DNA of 60,000 nucleotides from assembly GCF_037042905.1 (NCBI RefSeq), contig NC_087245.1, forward strand, positions 21,950,001 to 22,010,000, read 5' to 3'. Shown here piece after piece: positions 48,901 to 60,000 of this stretch; the stretch's first letter is position 1, and every line of letters starts with the position of its first letter. A program made the translations under genes and the position numbers. The notes under the pieces were generated by a model. That model ran no database searches. It worked only from the letters and a program-made list of their open reading frames with translations, and had not been told where the DNA came from. Source of the stretch: Lytechinus pictus (taxonomy: Eukaryota).

Positions 48901-49065
48901 GGGAGCGTTTCATGAAAGTTGTCAGCACTGACAAGTTGGCTTTCTCCGACAGTTACCATAGTAACAGTCAGAGGCAAGTGCTCACAGCCAATCAAAACCA
49001 AGGATTTCACTGAAATTGTCAGCACCGACAATTTAGTCAGTGCTGACAACTTTCATGAAGCGCCC
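48901..49065. mobile_element. Short Harbinger-like MITE
   Basis: gggagcgtttcatgaaagttgtcagcactgac / gtcagtgctgacaactttcatgaagcgccc. Confidence 0.75.
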
Positions 49066-49173
49066 CCTCTACAGTCCATCAATATATCCAGACACACCAC
49101 CATTTTTTAAAATCATAATGTAGTGTTATTTATGTACATCCAATGTTGTATGCCTGTCTATGGACAACACTTA

Positions 49174-49484
49174 GGCCCGTATTCTGAAGTCAGGTTTAAC
49201 TTAAACTCAGGTTTAAAGTTGTGGTTTAAGTATGGGAAGCCAAAAGTGTCAAAATTTTTATTGAGTTATATTTTTCTTATGTTTACTGTGCTCTTTTCTG
49301 AGTCATCGATGGTGAAGACAATCATCTATTTATACTTCCTACACAATTATGAATGATTTGAGAGCCAAATGAGCTGAAATATGATACCTCTATTGTTAGT
49401 GATTTATGTAACAATTTGCTATCCATACTTAAACCACAACTTTAAACCTGAGTTTAAGTTAAACCTGACTTCAGAATACGGGCC
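49174..49484. mobile_element. Harbinger-like MITE, ~60-bp perfect TIRs, TSD TTA
   Basis: ggcccgtattctgaagtcagg... / ...cctgacttcagaatacgggcc. Confidence 0.9.
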
Positions 49485-49599
49485 TTAGTCTTTACTCACT
49501 TTTTACACATGATGAAAATGTACAGTTTCAATGATAACAGTAGGATAGGACTAGCCAATATAAAGTTTTCTTGCTTTTATTACTTTCTTTACCCTCCAG

Positions 49600-49680
49600 A
49601 GAAGTAAGTGATGTAGTTCTTATAGATCCTCTTGTTGAGGGCATCTTTGAAATTGATGATGCAGTCTTAGAGCAATTCTG
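49600..49680 (+). CDS. Alpha/beta-hydrolase gene, exon 8 (EVSDVVLIDP)
   Basis: AG/GT bounded, 81 nt, phase 2 to 2. Confidence 0.88.
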
Positions 49681-50162
49681 GTGAGTTCAATGTTCCAAAT
49701 AAGATATTTTTAGAGTACAGATTGTATGGTAGCAACTTGGCAAGGTTTGGTATTAAATTGTGTAAAGTATTCAGCTTAAACACATAGTTGCATACATGCC
49801 AACCAGTAATATTTCATCAGGTTTACTCTGTTTCTAGTTTAATTTAAAAAAATAGATTCTCTGTCATAAGTAATGTTTTTATTCATGTTTATTCAAAGAA
49901 GCATTTTACTTTCAGTTTCCCTATTTGAAATATAAATAGTTCAAAGTCTGTCTAAAGCTTTAGAAAAGGTTCAGTAATGTGAATTATATTGGAGTAATAT
50001 CCAACATTCAATCTTGCAAATGAGGGGTATCCATAAAATAATTGCTTTTCCCTTGATTCTTTGTGAAAATTTGAATTGTATATATAAGTGTTTGGATATT
50101 GAGTGAAGAACTTCTTTCTGTAAAAATGGCTTTTGGAACCAACATTAATTAGTGATTATATA

Positions 50163-52259
50163 CACAACAAAAAAAGTAAGTCCCCCCTTCAACAAACATC
50201 AATAATTTCTGAACCAATGCGAGTTTTTAATATATTTTTACATTAGCGTGTAGGTAATTTTATAAGCTACCCTCTGAGTAAACGTTATGGACGTATTTCA
50301 CTTCATGCTTCAGTGAGCACCGTCAGAAGGCAAAAATGTCACTTCAAAAGTCACAAGCCAAATATCATGACTTTGATTCCATTTTATTGGAACTAATTCC
50401 ACATTCTCATCATAAAAACTAGTCAGAAGGCTTGTAAGAGGTACTTTCTAAAAGACGATACAACTTTTTGGGCTAAATTTCACGGTTGAATAAACACAAG
50501 TACAAATTTGCTATAATTGGATTTTTTTACACATTTATATCAATAAAAATGATAGAATATGATGACAGTTAGTTTTGGAAGAGTTTCTTCAACAATATTC
50601 ATCGTTTCACGGTTCAATGAACATTTATTGAAAAAAAAAATATGATTTTCAAATATCATAGGCAAGTATTGGTTCATTTTGGGAACTGAAAATGATATTT
50701 TCTCAACTTTTTCGTTATGTTCATGACCAATTAACTTGCTTCAATGATTCAAAGGCGTTTAATTACATATCCATGCTTGAATGAACATGTGAAATGCGAT
50801 TAGCTCTTTTTTACGTTATTGGAAAAAATGCAATTTGTTACTATGGATATCTGTCACAAACCTACTTGCATAGTTCATTTGATTTGATTTTTATGAAAAT
50901 CCCGATGTTTAATGCATCAGTGAGCACACAATATTAGAAAATTATGCAAATGAGAAGAAAGTTCAAGGCCTTGGCCCCACTCTGTGTCGTATCGAATGGT
51001 TATTTTGATGTGCGCGCCTTTTGGATAGTGTTACTCTGAAGCCATGTACGAAGTTTCATGAAATAACTATTGGCAGAAGTAACAAAAACCGTCCATGAAA
51101 CAAACTCTCATTTCATATTTGTTAAAATTTTGACTTCGTCTCTCATAGACTTGTGTACATTATGGGTGCACATGTTTAAGAATAAGTAACCCCTTATTCA
51201 ATATGGTGGAACTTTTTTTCACGGCTGTCTTTAGCAATGTCATTTGGCAGTAATGTTTATCAACCTATGGGCAGAATTCTGTGCAAAAATGAAATCGATT
51301 TAATTATTTATGGATGAGTGAGCACGCATCAAAGTGGGAAAATTGGTATTTTCAATGTCACAGACTCATTTTAAAGGGTAATAAAGTGAATATTGGGGGC
51401 CAATACGGTTTCAAATAAGACTTTAATTACTATTGTTTTTATCATCCATCATTTCTATCACCACACACTTTCCGAACTTTAAACATTTTCATGGTTGAGC
51501 GAGCACATTCGAAAACTTAGGAATGAATACTCTTTATACTGCATACAGTAAATGTATTATTTTCCTAACAATTTTTCATGATCAGTTTAATTTATGGACA
51601 AATCAGTGGTGGGTCCATAATTTTTAAATGGGGGAGGGGCCTATAATCGGGGGAGCCACCAACATTTTCAAATTTTAACATGATCTAACAAGTTGTAGAG
51701 GATACTACCATAAACCCCTATGATGATACGTCACAATACAGGGGCCGGGGAAGGGTTTTCAAAGTGGGGGGGGGGCTGACCATGCAAAAAATCACAATCG
51801 TATTGTCATTTTTACATTTTTGTACATGCTTTTGAAAAAAAAAAGTAAAAGGGAGGGGGCTGAAGCTCCCCGCCCAGCCCCCCCCCCCCCCCCCCCGCTT
51901 CCACGGCCCCTGCAATACACTTTGCTCACTCAACCATGAACATATTATATCAAAATTGTGTGTGGAGTGGCTAAATGATGGATAGTAAAACAGCATAACA
52001 CCATAAAATTCACCTAAAGACAACATTTGCCCTATTTTGTATTTGCACAATCTGAAAAACGACTCTTGTGACTTTCAAAAATTGTCATTTTTAATTCAAT
52101 CTTTAATTACTCATGCATGACTCAACCGATCAATCTTATTTTTCCCCAGGAGTTGCTTAATGAGTGTAGAAAACCACCTACGGAATGTCATATCTCAAAA
52201 TAATTCCGTTCAAAAGTTACAGCAATTTGATTTAGGGGGGACTTACTTTTTTTGTTGTG
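50163..52259. mobile_element. 2.1-kb non-autonomous TIR element with TA flanks; nested GC-rich MITE at 51739-51912
   Basis: cacaacaaaaaaagtaagtcccccc / ggggggacttactttttttgttgtg; nested caggggccg...cggcccctg flanked by caata. Confidence 0.82.
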
Positions 52260-52749
52260 TATATATCAGAAAGGTGCAATTAAAGCCAAAGATTATATTC
52301 TGTAATGTGCAGCCTAGGCCTATTTCATTCTAGAGAAAGTGTTTACCAAATAAGAAAAACTTGAATTTTTTTTGAAAGATTTGGGTGTGATCCATTAAAA
52401 ATATTTTTTCATGTAAAACTGCAAAATACATTTTCCGAAAGAAGACTTTTTCGCTTCATGCAATTGTAGGTCATACGCATTCATAAATTCATGTCAAAAT
52501 AAACCAAATAATGAGACACTCTTGGGTGATTCACCAAAACTTAAGAGGGGATTATAATCATATCATGAATTAATACATAAGCTATAATGAATTTATCTTA
52601 TTTCTATTGATTTTTAATGCTGTACTAATGATATATTTGCCCAATGTCCATGGACCCTCCAAATCATATCTTGAATGGGTGTAACACTCTATGACAATAT
52701 AATTTTAAATTCAAAGGCTTATGAATTTATTTTGCGTATTTAAATGAAG

Positions 52750-52888
52750 GTATGGTCATCTGGTGCCCACTCTTCAGTCTTTGCAGCTCTCAGCTGCTAT
52801 TGGTCTAACCAGGCTAGGATTGATGCTTGGCCTGGTAGAGCAGCCAATCAAAGGAGAGGTTATATCAGAAGAAGTCAATGCTAGACAA
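52750..52888 (+). CDS. Alpha/beta-hydrolase gene, exon 9 (AAIGLTRLG, cap region)
   Basis: 139 nt, phase 2 to 0; donor CAA|GTAAGT. Confidence 0.82.
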
Positions 52889-53034
52889 GTAAGTTAATAT
52901 TCAATACTGTCTTAACTATGACAGTGATGTAGATTATGCTGTTCAACCACTTTGTATTCACAAGCACATGCTTGCTGATACATGTACTTGAATAAGTTAG
53001 GAGTGTCAATGACGGTCTGTCTCGTCAATACATT

Positions 53035-53350
53035 GGCCCGTATTCTGAAGTCGGGTTTAACTTAGACCACGGTCTAACTCTGTGGTAAAATTATGGGGAG
53101 CCAAAAGTTCAAAAAATTTGTTTATATTGTATATTTCTTATGTTTAGTATTTAATTTCCTTTTGCTTTCATAATGAAGAAAAATACTTCAAAATACTTCA
53201 GTTATCATTCCCAGACAATCTGGGTGTCATATGAGTTAATAAATTGGATACATGTGCACTCTTCGGGATTTGTGCCCCAATTGGCTCTCCATAGTTAAAC
53301 CACAACTTTAAACCAGGGTTTAATTTAAACCCGAGTTCAGAATACGGGCC
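53035..53350. mobile_element. Harbinger-like MITE, same family as 49174-49484
   Basis: ggcccgtattctgaa / ttcagaatacgggcc. Confidence 0.85.
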
Positions 53351-54500
53351 ATAGAGTTTTAAATGGCAAAAGATATATGTGTGAAATGACTAATCAGTAA
53401 ATGTTTGCAATGTTTTGAAGCTGATCTCAGCAATATTGCCCTTCATTACCAATTACTTTTGTCAATTACAATTTCAATTACTTTCTAGAAAAGTCATAAA
53501 TTAAATATTCTGTACATAGTACCACCTATTTCAGCATAATTCCAAGTTACAGAGATACCGACTAGATGAAGGTTTAGGTTAAAAAGCACGGATTCTGCCT
53601 GTTACTCTCTTTGATGCTGAAGCATTTGACACACGAAAAAGGTCTTTAAATTAAATCATAAATTCATTAAGTTTATTGTAAAGTAATTGAATGTAATGAC
53701 AAGTAATTGACAGTAGTTGAAGTCAATTACATTTTTTTCCAATTACAATTACTTTCCCTTTCAAAACTTCAATTACAATTACTCAAAAAAATGTAATTAA
53801 TTGCGTAATTGATCAATTACATTGTATTGAGCCCAACCCTGGCCCTTAGTTCTTCTTTACTCAGCTCCTTCTCTGATAAGTTGTGCAAGCGCTTGTTCAT
53901 TTTTTTTTAATTGAGCGTGTTGATGAAATATGACTCTTATTCATGTTTTTGATCATCTTCTAGTATACAACCAAAGGATGTAAACAAATCGCAGACCCCT
54001 AAAACGCGTTAATTTCCACAAACAGCTTTACAGGTGCATACCACAACATCAAGTTTTGGCATGTTAATGGTGAACCATTTTATTCGTAACCATTCAATTA
54101 TTGCTTTCAGGTACTAGCACATTCACTTGGTTTGGGACTCGGGGGTTATCACAATGCAAGACTATTTTTCTATCAAGACTAATGCTCTATTTTGAAAACA
54201 AATATCTAAACTGTTCATGAGAGTTGTATCTAGGACTCGTGCAAATGGTTTGTCAAAGAGACTCTGTGTTTCTTATTACTCACGATGTTGGTCCTCTGTA
54301 GGGATTTATTCTACTCTAAATACTGACTGAACAACAAAAAATTTTGCAGTGATTATAACCATCTGAAACCTGAATGAGAGTTGTTATAGGTCAATGCCAC
54401 TGAGAAGTCATTTAGTTCTGCAGCAGCGTGGGTCGTTTGATCAATGTAGTCTTGTAAATTAAATTCTCCTTAACATTTCTTCCTCAATTTTTTGTCGCAG

Positions 54501-54583
54501 AAATATTTAATGTGCTTGCCAAGGCATATCAGAGGAGCCGTGGAAGAATATTTTTGGGCCAACCAAAGTTTATCTCAAATAAA
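54501..54583 (+). CDS. Alpha/beta-hydrolase gene, exon 10
   Basis: TTTTGTCGCAG acceptor, GTGAGT donor; 83 nt, phase 0 to 2. Confidence 0.82.
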
Positions 54584-55333
54584 GTGAGTACTGGGTCCCG
54601 TAAGTTTAGCGTTTATCGTACGCTTGATTTTCACGATTGATTGTACATTGTAGTCAATGGAATCATCGTAGATAAATGTTCTATGATCATTGCCAAGCTT
54701 ATTGTTATGGGCCACTGATGCAAAATATATACTCCATAAAAGATATGGGAATATACCCACAGCGGTTCTTAAACAAATTGAACTGTACTACAGGTGTATG
54801 ATTTGTTTTCTCTTTTTCCCTATCTCATTTTCTAATGGTTGTATTATTGATCTATACAAATAAAATAAAAAATTCACCGTAAGTTTTTTATTTGCCAATA
54901 AAAACTTTTGTTGCAATTTCATTATACTTGTCTGCTGACATATGCTTTCTTCAATTTGTAATTTGAATCAGGTATTTTTTACATTTTGGGGGGTGATAAC
55001 TGGGATCTCCAAATTTTATTAGAAGTTGTGAACAAATAAAATGTTGATCAGTATATTCTTTTCAGGCATTTATTCTCTTGTAATGAAGAAAATCCAGTTT
55101 GTAATTCTGTTTTGTTTTCCATAAATGTTTGCAACAGGTATGTTATCAAATTCATTACATGTGTGTAGCATCATCAGTTTCTCAGCCTATTTACCATGTA
55201 GTATTTGTTTCAATCATGTTGATAGGTTTGGTAACCTTAACAAATTCTGGGTGTATGATTATTGCAGAAAACCATTATTAGATAATTTCCAACAGATTTT
55301 TATCCTCTACTTTCACACTGTCTTTGTCTTTAG

Positions 55334-55430
55334 AACTGCATACACAGTAAAGCCTTTTCCAAAGAATGTATCTGTTACTGTGATAACTGGCAATTATTAT
55401 GATGAAGAACTACCAAGTCAATTAAATAAG
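55334..55430 (+). CDS. Alpha/beta-hydrolase gene, exon 11 (VSVTVITG); no stop seen, gene likely continues past the window
   Basis: 97 nt, phase 2 to 0; donor AAG|GTAAGT; 11 exons total 1119 nt = 373 aa without a stop. Confidence 0.82.
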
Positions 55431-55611
55431 GTAAGTCCCTGAAAAAGACAATATCAATGAATATGATCTAATGTACCTACTTAGAGGTCAATGTATATAG
55501 ATGATTATGAAAGTGTGTCTCAAATTTCAGATTTTCAAAATAGTTAGGGGTATACAGTTAATGACAATTTCGGTCACTCTGTAAATTGAAATACATAATG
55601 TTGGTGTGGGG

Positions 55612-55663
55612 TTTTTTTGTCTCACCTGCATAGCAGAGTGAGACTATAGGCGCCGCTTTTCCG

Positions 55664-55700
<37 letters not shown>

Positions 55701-56607
55701 CGGCGGCGGCGGCGGCGGCGTCAACACCAAATCTTAACCTGAGGTTAAGTTTTTGAAATGACAGCATAACTTAGAAAGTATATGGACCTAGTTCATGAAA
55801 CTTGGCCATAAGGTTAATCAAGTATTACTGAACATCCTGCCTGAGTTTCATGTCACATGACCAAGGTCAAAGGTCATTTAGGGTCAATGAACTTAGACCA
55901 TGTTGGGGGAATCAACATCAAAATCTTAACCTAAGGTTAAGTTTTTGAAATGTCATCATAACTTAGAAAATATATGGACCTAGTTCATGAAACTTATACA
56001 TAAGGTTAATCAAGTATCACTGAACATCCTGCATGAGTTTCACGTCACATGACCAAGGTCAAAGGTCATTTAGGGTCAATGAACTTTGGCCGAATTGGGG
56101 GTATCTGTTGAATTACCATCATAACTTTGAAAGTTTATGGATCTGATTCATGAAACTTGGACATAATAGTAATCAAGTATTACTGAACATCCTGTGCAAG
56201 TTTCAGGTCACATGATCAAGGTCAAAGGTCATTTAAGGTCAATGAACTTTGGCCAAATTGGGGTATTTGTTGAATTACAGCCATAAATTTGAAAGTGTGT
56301 TGGTCTAGTTCATAAAACTTGGACATAATAGTAATCAAGTATCACTGAACATCCTGTGCGAGTTTCAGGTCACATGATCAAGGTCAAAGGTCATGTAAGG
56401 TCAAAGAACTTTGGCCACGTTGGAGGTATTTGTTGAATTGCCATCATATCTCTATAAGTGTATTGGTCTAGTTCTTAAAACGTGGAAATAAGAGTAACCA
56501 AGTATCACTGAACATCTTGTGCGAGTTATAGTAGTTTTCAAAATCAGCACTGCTGCTATATTGAATCGCGTGATGCAGGTGAGACGGCCAGAGGCATTCC
56601 ACTTGTT
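55612..56607 (+). mobile_element. Intact Helentron-associated element (HINE/DINE-like)
   Basis: T run, subterminal IR gtctcacctgcat with local IR gtgagac, (GGC)n, about five ~170-180-bp tandem units, 3' atgcaggtgagac, ending cttgttt. Confidence 0.8.
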
Positions 56608-58175
56608 TATTAAACATGGCACATTTCAAATTCCTTACAGTGATGCTAGTGTAGTAGAGTGGCATATTTGCCTACATCTTGTTATCTATCTGTCTTAATA
56701 TCTCTGTCAATAATTCATATTCTTATTCCTTGCTATCTCTCTGCATTTCATATTCTCTTTATTTCCATTCCTCTATGCTATTTCAATCTTCTCCTGCTCA
56801 CATGTAAGCTCACATGTATTCTTATTAAAGACATTATAATCTCTCCCAACCAGTACCTCTATTTAATCCATTATAGTCATCCCCAACAAGTCCCCATTTT
56901 GTTTACAAGTAATCCCCCTTTGTAATGAACTTATTCTTTACTACAGGCCTTAAAGCTCCCCAATTTCTGGTAAACCTTTGTTCACAAAGTGCCCTCTTTG
57001 TTCCCCTACACAAATTGCCCACACTATGAACAAAGTACTTTCAGACATCCTGTTCTATTAATGAGTCTTGACTAGACAAACTAATTGAAACATGCATCCA
57101 CACCCTCCTTAAACTTGACCAATGAAAAGTGTAGTTTTATTTAAGTCACACCCATCAGCAGATATCCCTGTCCAATTAGAATTGAGTTTAGTAAATATGT
57201 AATTACGTATAAAAGATGACCCCAAACTAGTTTTCCTCACTTGGACACACCTATCTGGACCTCTCACTTGGCGACCCCCCTTTACTACCCCCTCCTTGAT
57301 GCCCCTCTCTTGGACCCCGATCTGACAACCCACCCTGCACCTTCGCCCATCATCGTCATCATCAAATATTCTCTATACCTTAACTAACTACTAAAAATAC
57401 TTGGAACGAAGAAGTTTGCCAGGCTGCCAGAATATTATTTTGTGCAACATAAAGTGGACTGTGACAGAGAGAAGTATATTTCAAGTATTTCAGACAGTTG
57501 GCAACTGGAAACCTTCATTCCTTTTGCTATAACCTATCGAGTTCTTCCAAGTTTGCGTCAACGTCTTCATCAATTAAACTCCAGTCCTCGACTTGTCCTT
57601 CATTGCTCCTCTCGTTGTCATCGTCGCCCCATCGTTCCCGCTTTTGTCGTTACCTCATCGATCCAGTCCACGTCATCGCCATCATCGTTCAAGTCATCAT
57701 CGAATCGTCCCTGTCAGCAATGGCGTATGTAAGTGGCCACTTAATTTTTACTAACATATTTTCCATTTACTAATTCCTCTCCTCCCCATCTCCAAAACAT
57801 TCTCTGGTAAATAAGATATTTGAATGTTGATTTTAGTTAGGTTTGGATATTATGTCTTATAATATATACAGTGAGAAGATAGATGAAATGTAATATTTAT
57901 TTCTCGTTATAAGATAAGTTTTGTTTGATTCCGTGACAGTTTTGAGGTCAGAGAATCAAAGATATAAGTATTAAAAGTATATGACAACTTATTTCTATTG
58001 TGTTCCAGCGCTAATGTTTGTTGCATTACTTTATAATTTGAAATATATATTCTTATTTGATGGTCATTGAACTAGCCCCTCATCTGAGTTGGAACTCAGC
58101 GCTAACAGACCTAAATCCTGGTTCCTTCTCGGTATCCCGAACTCACTGCATAGGGGTTAGATGGAACTCATGACC

Positions 58176-60000
58176 TTTTCCCCTCTGCCACCAGAATGGA
58201 GACCTCGCCATTCCCAAAAAAAAAAAAAATTGAGTGCTTACTAAAAACATTTGTTTACTAAAATAAGTATCCTATTTCATATATGACACCTTGAAACCAA
58301 TCTTATTGATTGCATACATCATGTTCTATACAGTCATGAAGTAATACGAACGGATCAAGGAGAATCCACAAAAACTTCGATGGTAACTAGCTACATGTAT
58401 AACATTCAAGAAAAACTATTTACACTTAGACTTAAGCGCATAGGAAACTCTACATAAATAAGAAAAAAAAATAGGAAAACGTGCATCATTAATATTAAGT
58501 CACATATAATAAATATCACTCAACTATCAACCCGTAACCATGGACCCTACTAAGGTCCATGCTGTAACTGTATAGATTTCCCAATTCGCCTAAAATAAAA
58601 CCCCTTATTGTGTTGTCAAAATAACGATATCAACTATATCACAATACTCAAACCATATCTATACTTCGTCAATTAAAGACAAAACATAATGAATAAAGAA
58701 AATTACATGTAGCATCAATAATGACTGATATTCAATCATTTAGCTTTAGCAGACCATTTACATACCAAAAAAATCCATAAAATTGAACTTTCGATCTATT
58801 ACATAATACATACTGACTGAATCAAACACAAATGCCATGTCAAAATTCATAACCAAACTAACTCTTATTCCCATAAAGTAGAAAGTAAAATAGTCTTCTA
58901 TATTCTTTCTCTTCTGTTTCTCAATTTGTCAACTACTATTTACTAATATGATAAACAGATCATTACTCCAATCCAAGGTAGCAATCTTCGAAAGTATAGA
59001 GTATCCATACCTTCAAATTATTAAAATGAATACAAATTTATGATATTCGGTTGCAACAAAATGTAACCTAGTCAATGAAATTCATTTATATTTACATCAT
59101 AGTCCAAAACTATTGAACCTGGTTATTTTACTTAATAACCATACACTAATAGAACATACTCAATCCGTTCCTTATGGCAATTGATAAACAAAATAAAAGA
59201 ATTTGCAATAATCAATACCCTACTCGATAATGCAAAGCAGAGGAATATCAATTAGGAGAAATCACTTCTGCCCCTTTTTTTTATTTCTGTCTCTAACAGA
59301 GTAGTCTTGCCTATTAATGGCATATCTCACTCTCTGATCCAAAGAACGTCATCATCATCACACACAGTCATTAAACTTACAACAATCTCTAATGGTGAAA
59401 ATAACAAAAACACACACTTCACGAAAAACAATACCAGCAGGCCATACAATTGTACTTTTTTCCAATAATTTGTTGGACAATTTAACTCTGGTTATAGGCT
59501 AATCTATCAGGTGCACGAGAACATCTTTGTGACCGTCTTGGGGGACAGTCTTCCTCTTCGACAGAGGCAGTCTCTTGCTCGTCATCTGAAGGGACGGGAG
59601 TGGGATCAACATTAACAGGGGCATCATTACTTTCACTATCCACAAGACTTTCAATTTCCGCATCAGGATTGGGATTAGTTGGGCCTAAGGTACTATCATT
59701 ATTTTGAGGGAATGATCGACTAAAGTTCACTTCAGAATCGTTGTCACTATTCTGTTCTTGCCTGTCAACAGGGAAATTCCACTTTCTTCTTCTTCATTTA
59801 TTTCTGAGTCCTGTCTAATATCAAGGTTTGTAGGTGGGGTTACTTTGTTCTTCGCTACATTTTAACGGTTGGACTGGGAGTCTATTTTGGGGAGAAAGTT
59901 ACACGGCAAAAGGAGATTACAATGTAAGACACGTTTCTTACCCCTAGTTCCATCAGGTCTGGCTCTAAATACTGGGATGTCTTCACTAGGCTGCTCGACC
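58176..60000 (-). mobile_element. Ty3/Gypsy LTR retrotransposon 3' region (degenerate pol C-terminus, long 3' UTR, PPT); 3' LTR probably left of 58175
   Basis: Minus strand IPVFRARPDGTRGKKRVLHCNLLLPCNFLP, then a stop or frameshift, acidic tail ending RRSQR...PDRLAY; polypurine cagaggggaaaa at 58176-58187. Confidence 0.75.

Overview
AT-rich, repeat-dense eukaryotic (animal) genomic DNA; the repeat and gene content looks like a marine invertebrate, probably an echinoderm (inference). Two host genes can be built from GT-AG, phase-consistent exons: a 3-coding-exon rhodopsin-class GPCR (15584-18723, 429 aa) and an 11+-exon membrane-anchored alpha/beta-hydrolase-fold gene (40328-55430, probably continuing beyond the window) whose nucleophile elbow reads GSELG. 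The rest is mostly mobile DNA. A Penelope-like element (RT + GIY-YIG, 3' hammerhead ribozyme, ending at (TA)n) is split by one CCC...GGG insertion whose removal restores the frame. Next to it is a (TA)n-flanked repeat carrying a complete tRNA-like cloverleaf with a UCA anticodon. Also present are a SINE with a 7SL/Alu-like head, CORE- and Meta-type SINEs, CR1 and Gypsy remnants, a Tc1/mariner relic, and many nested non-autonomous DNA elements (hAT-, Academ-, Harbinger-, Kolobok-, Ginger-, Helentron-like). Superfamily calls rest on termini and TSDs read by eye; no database search was run.
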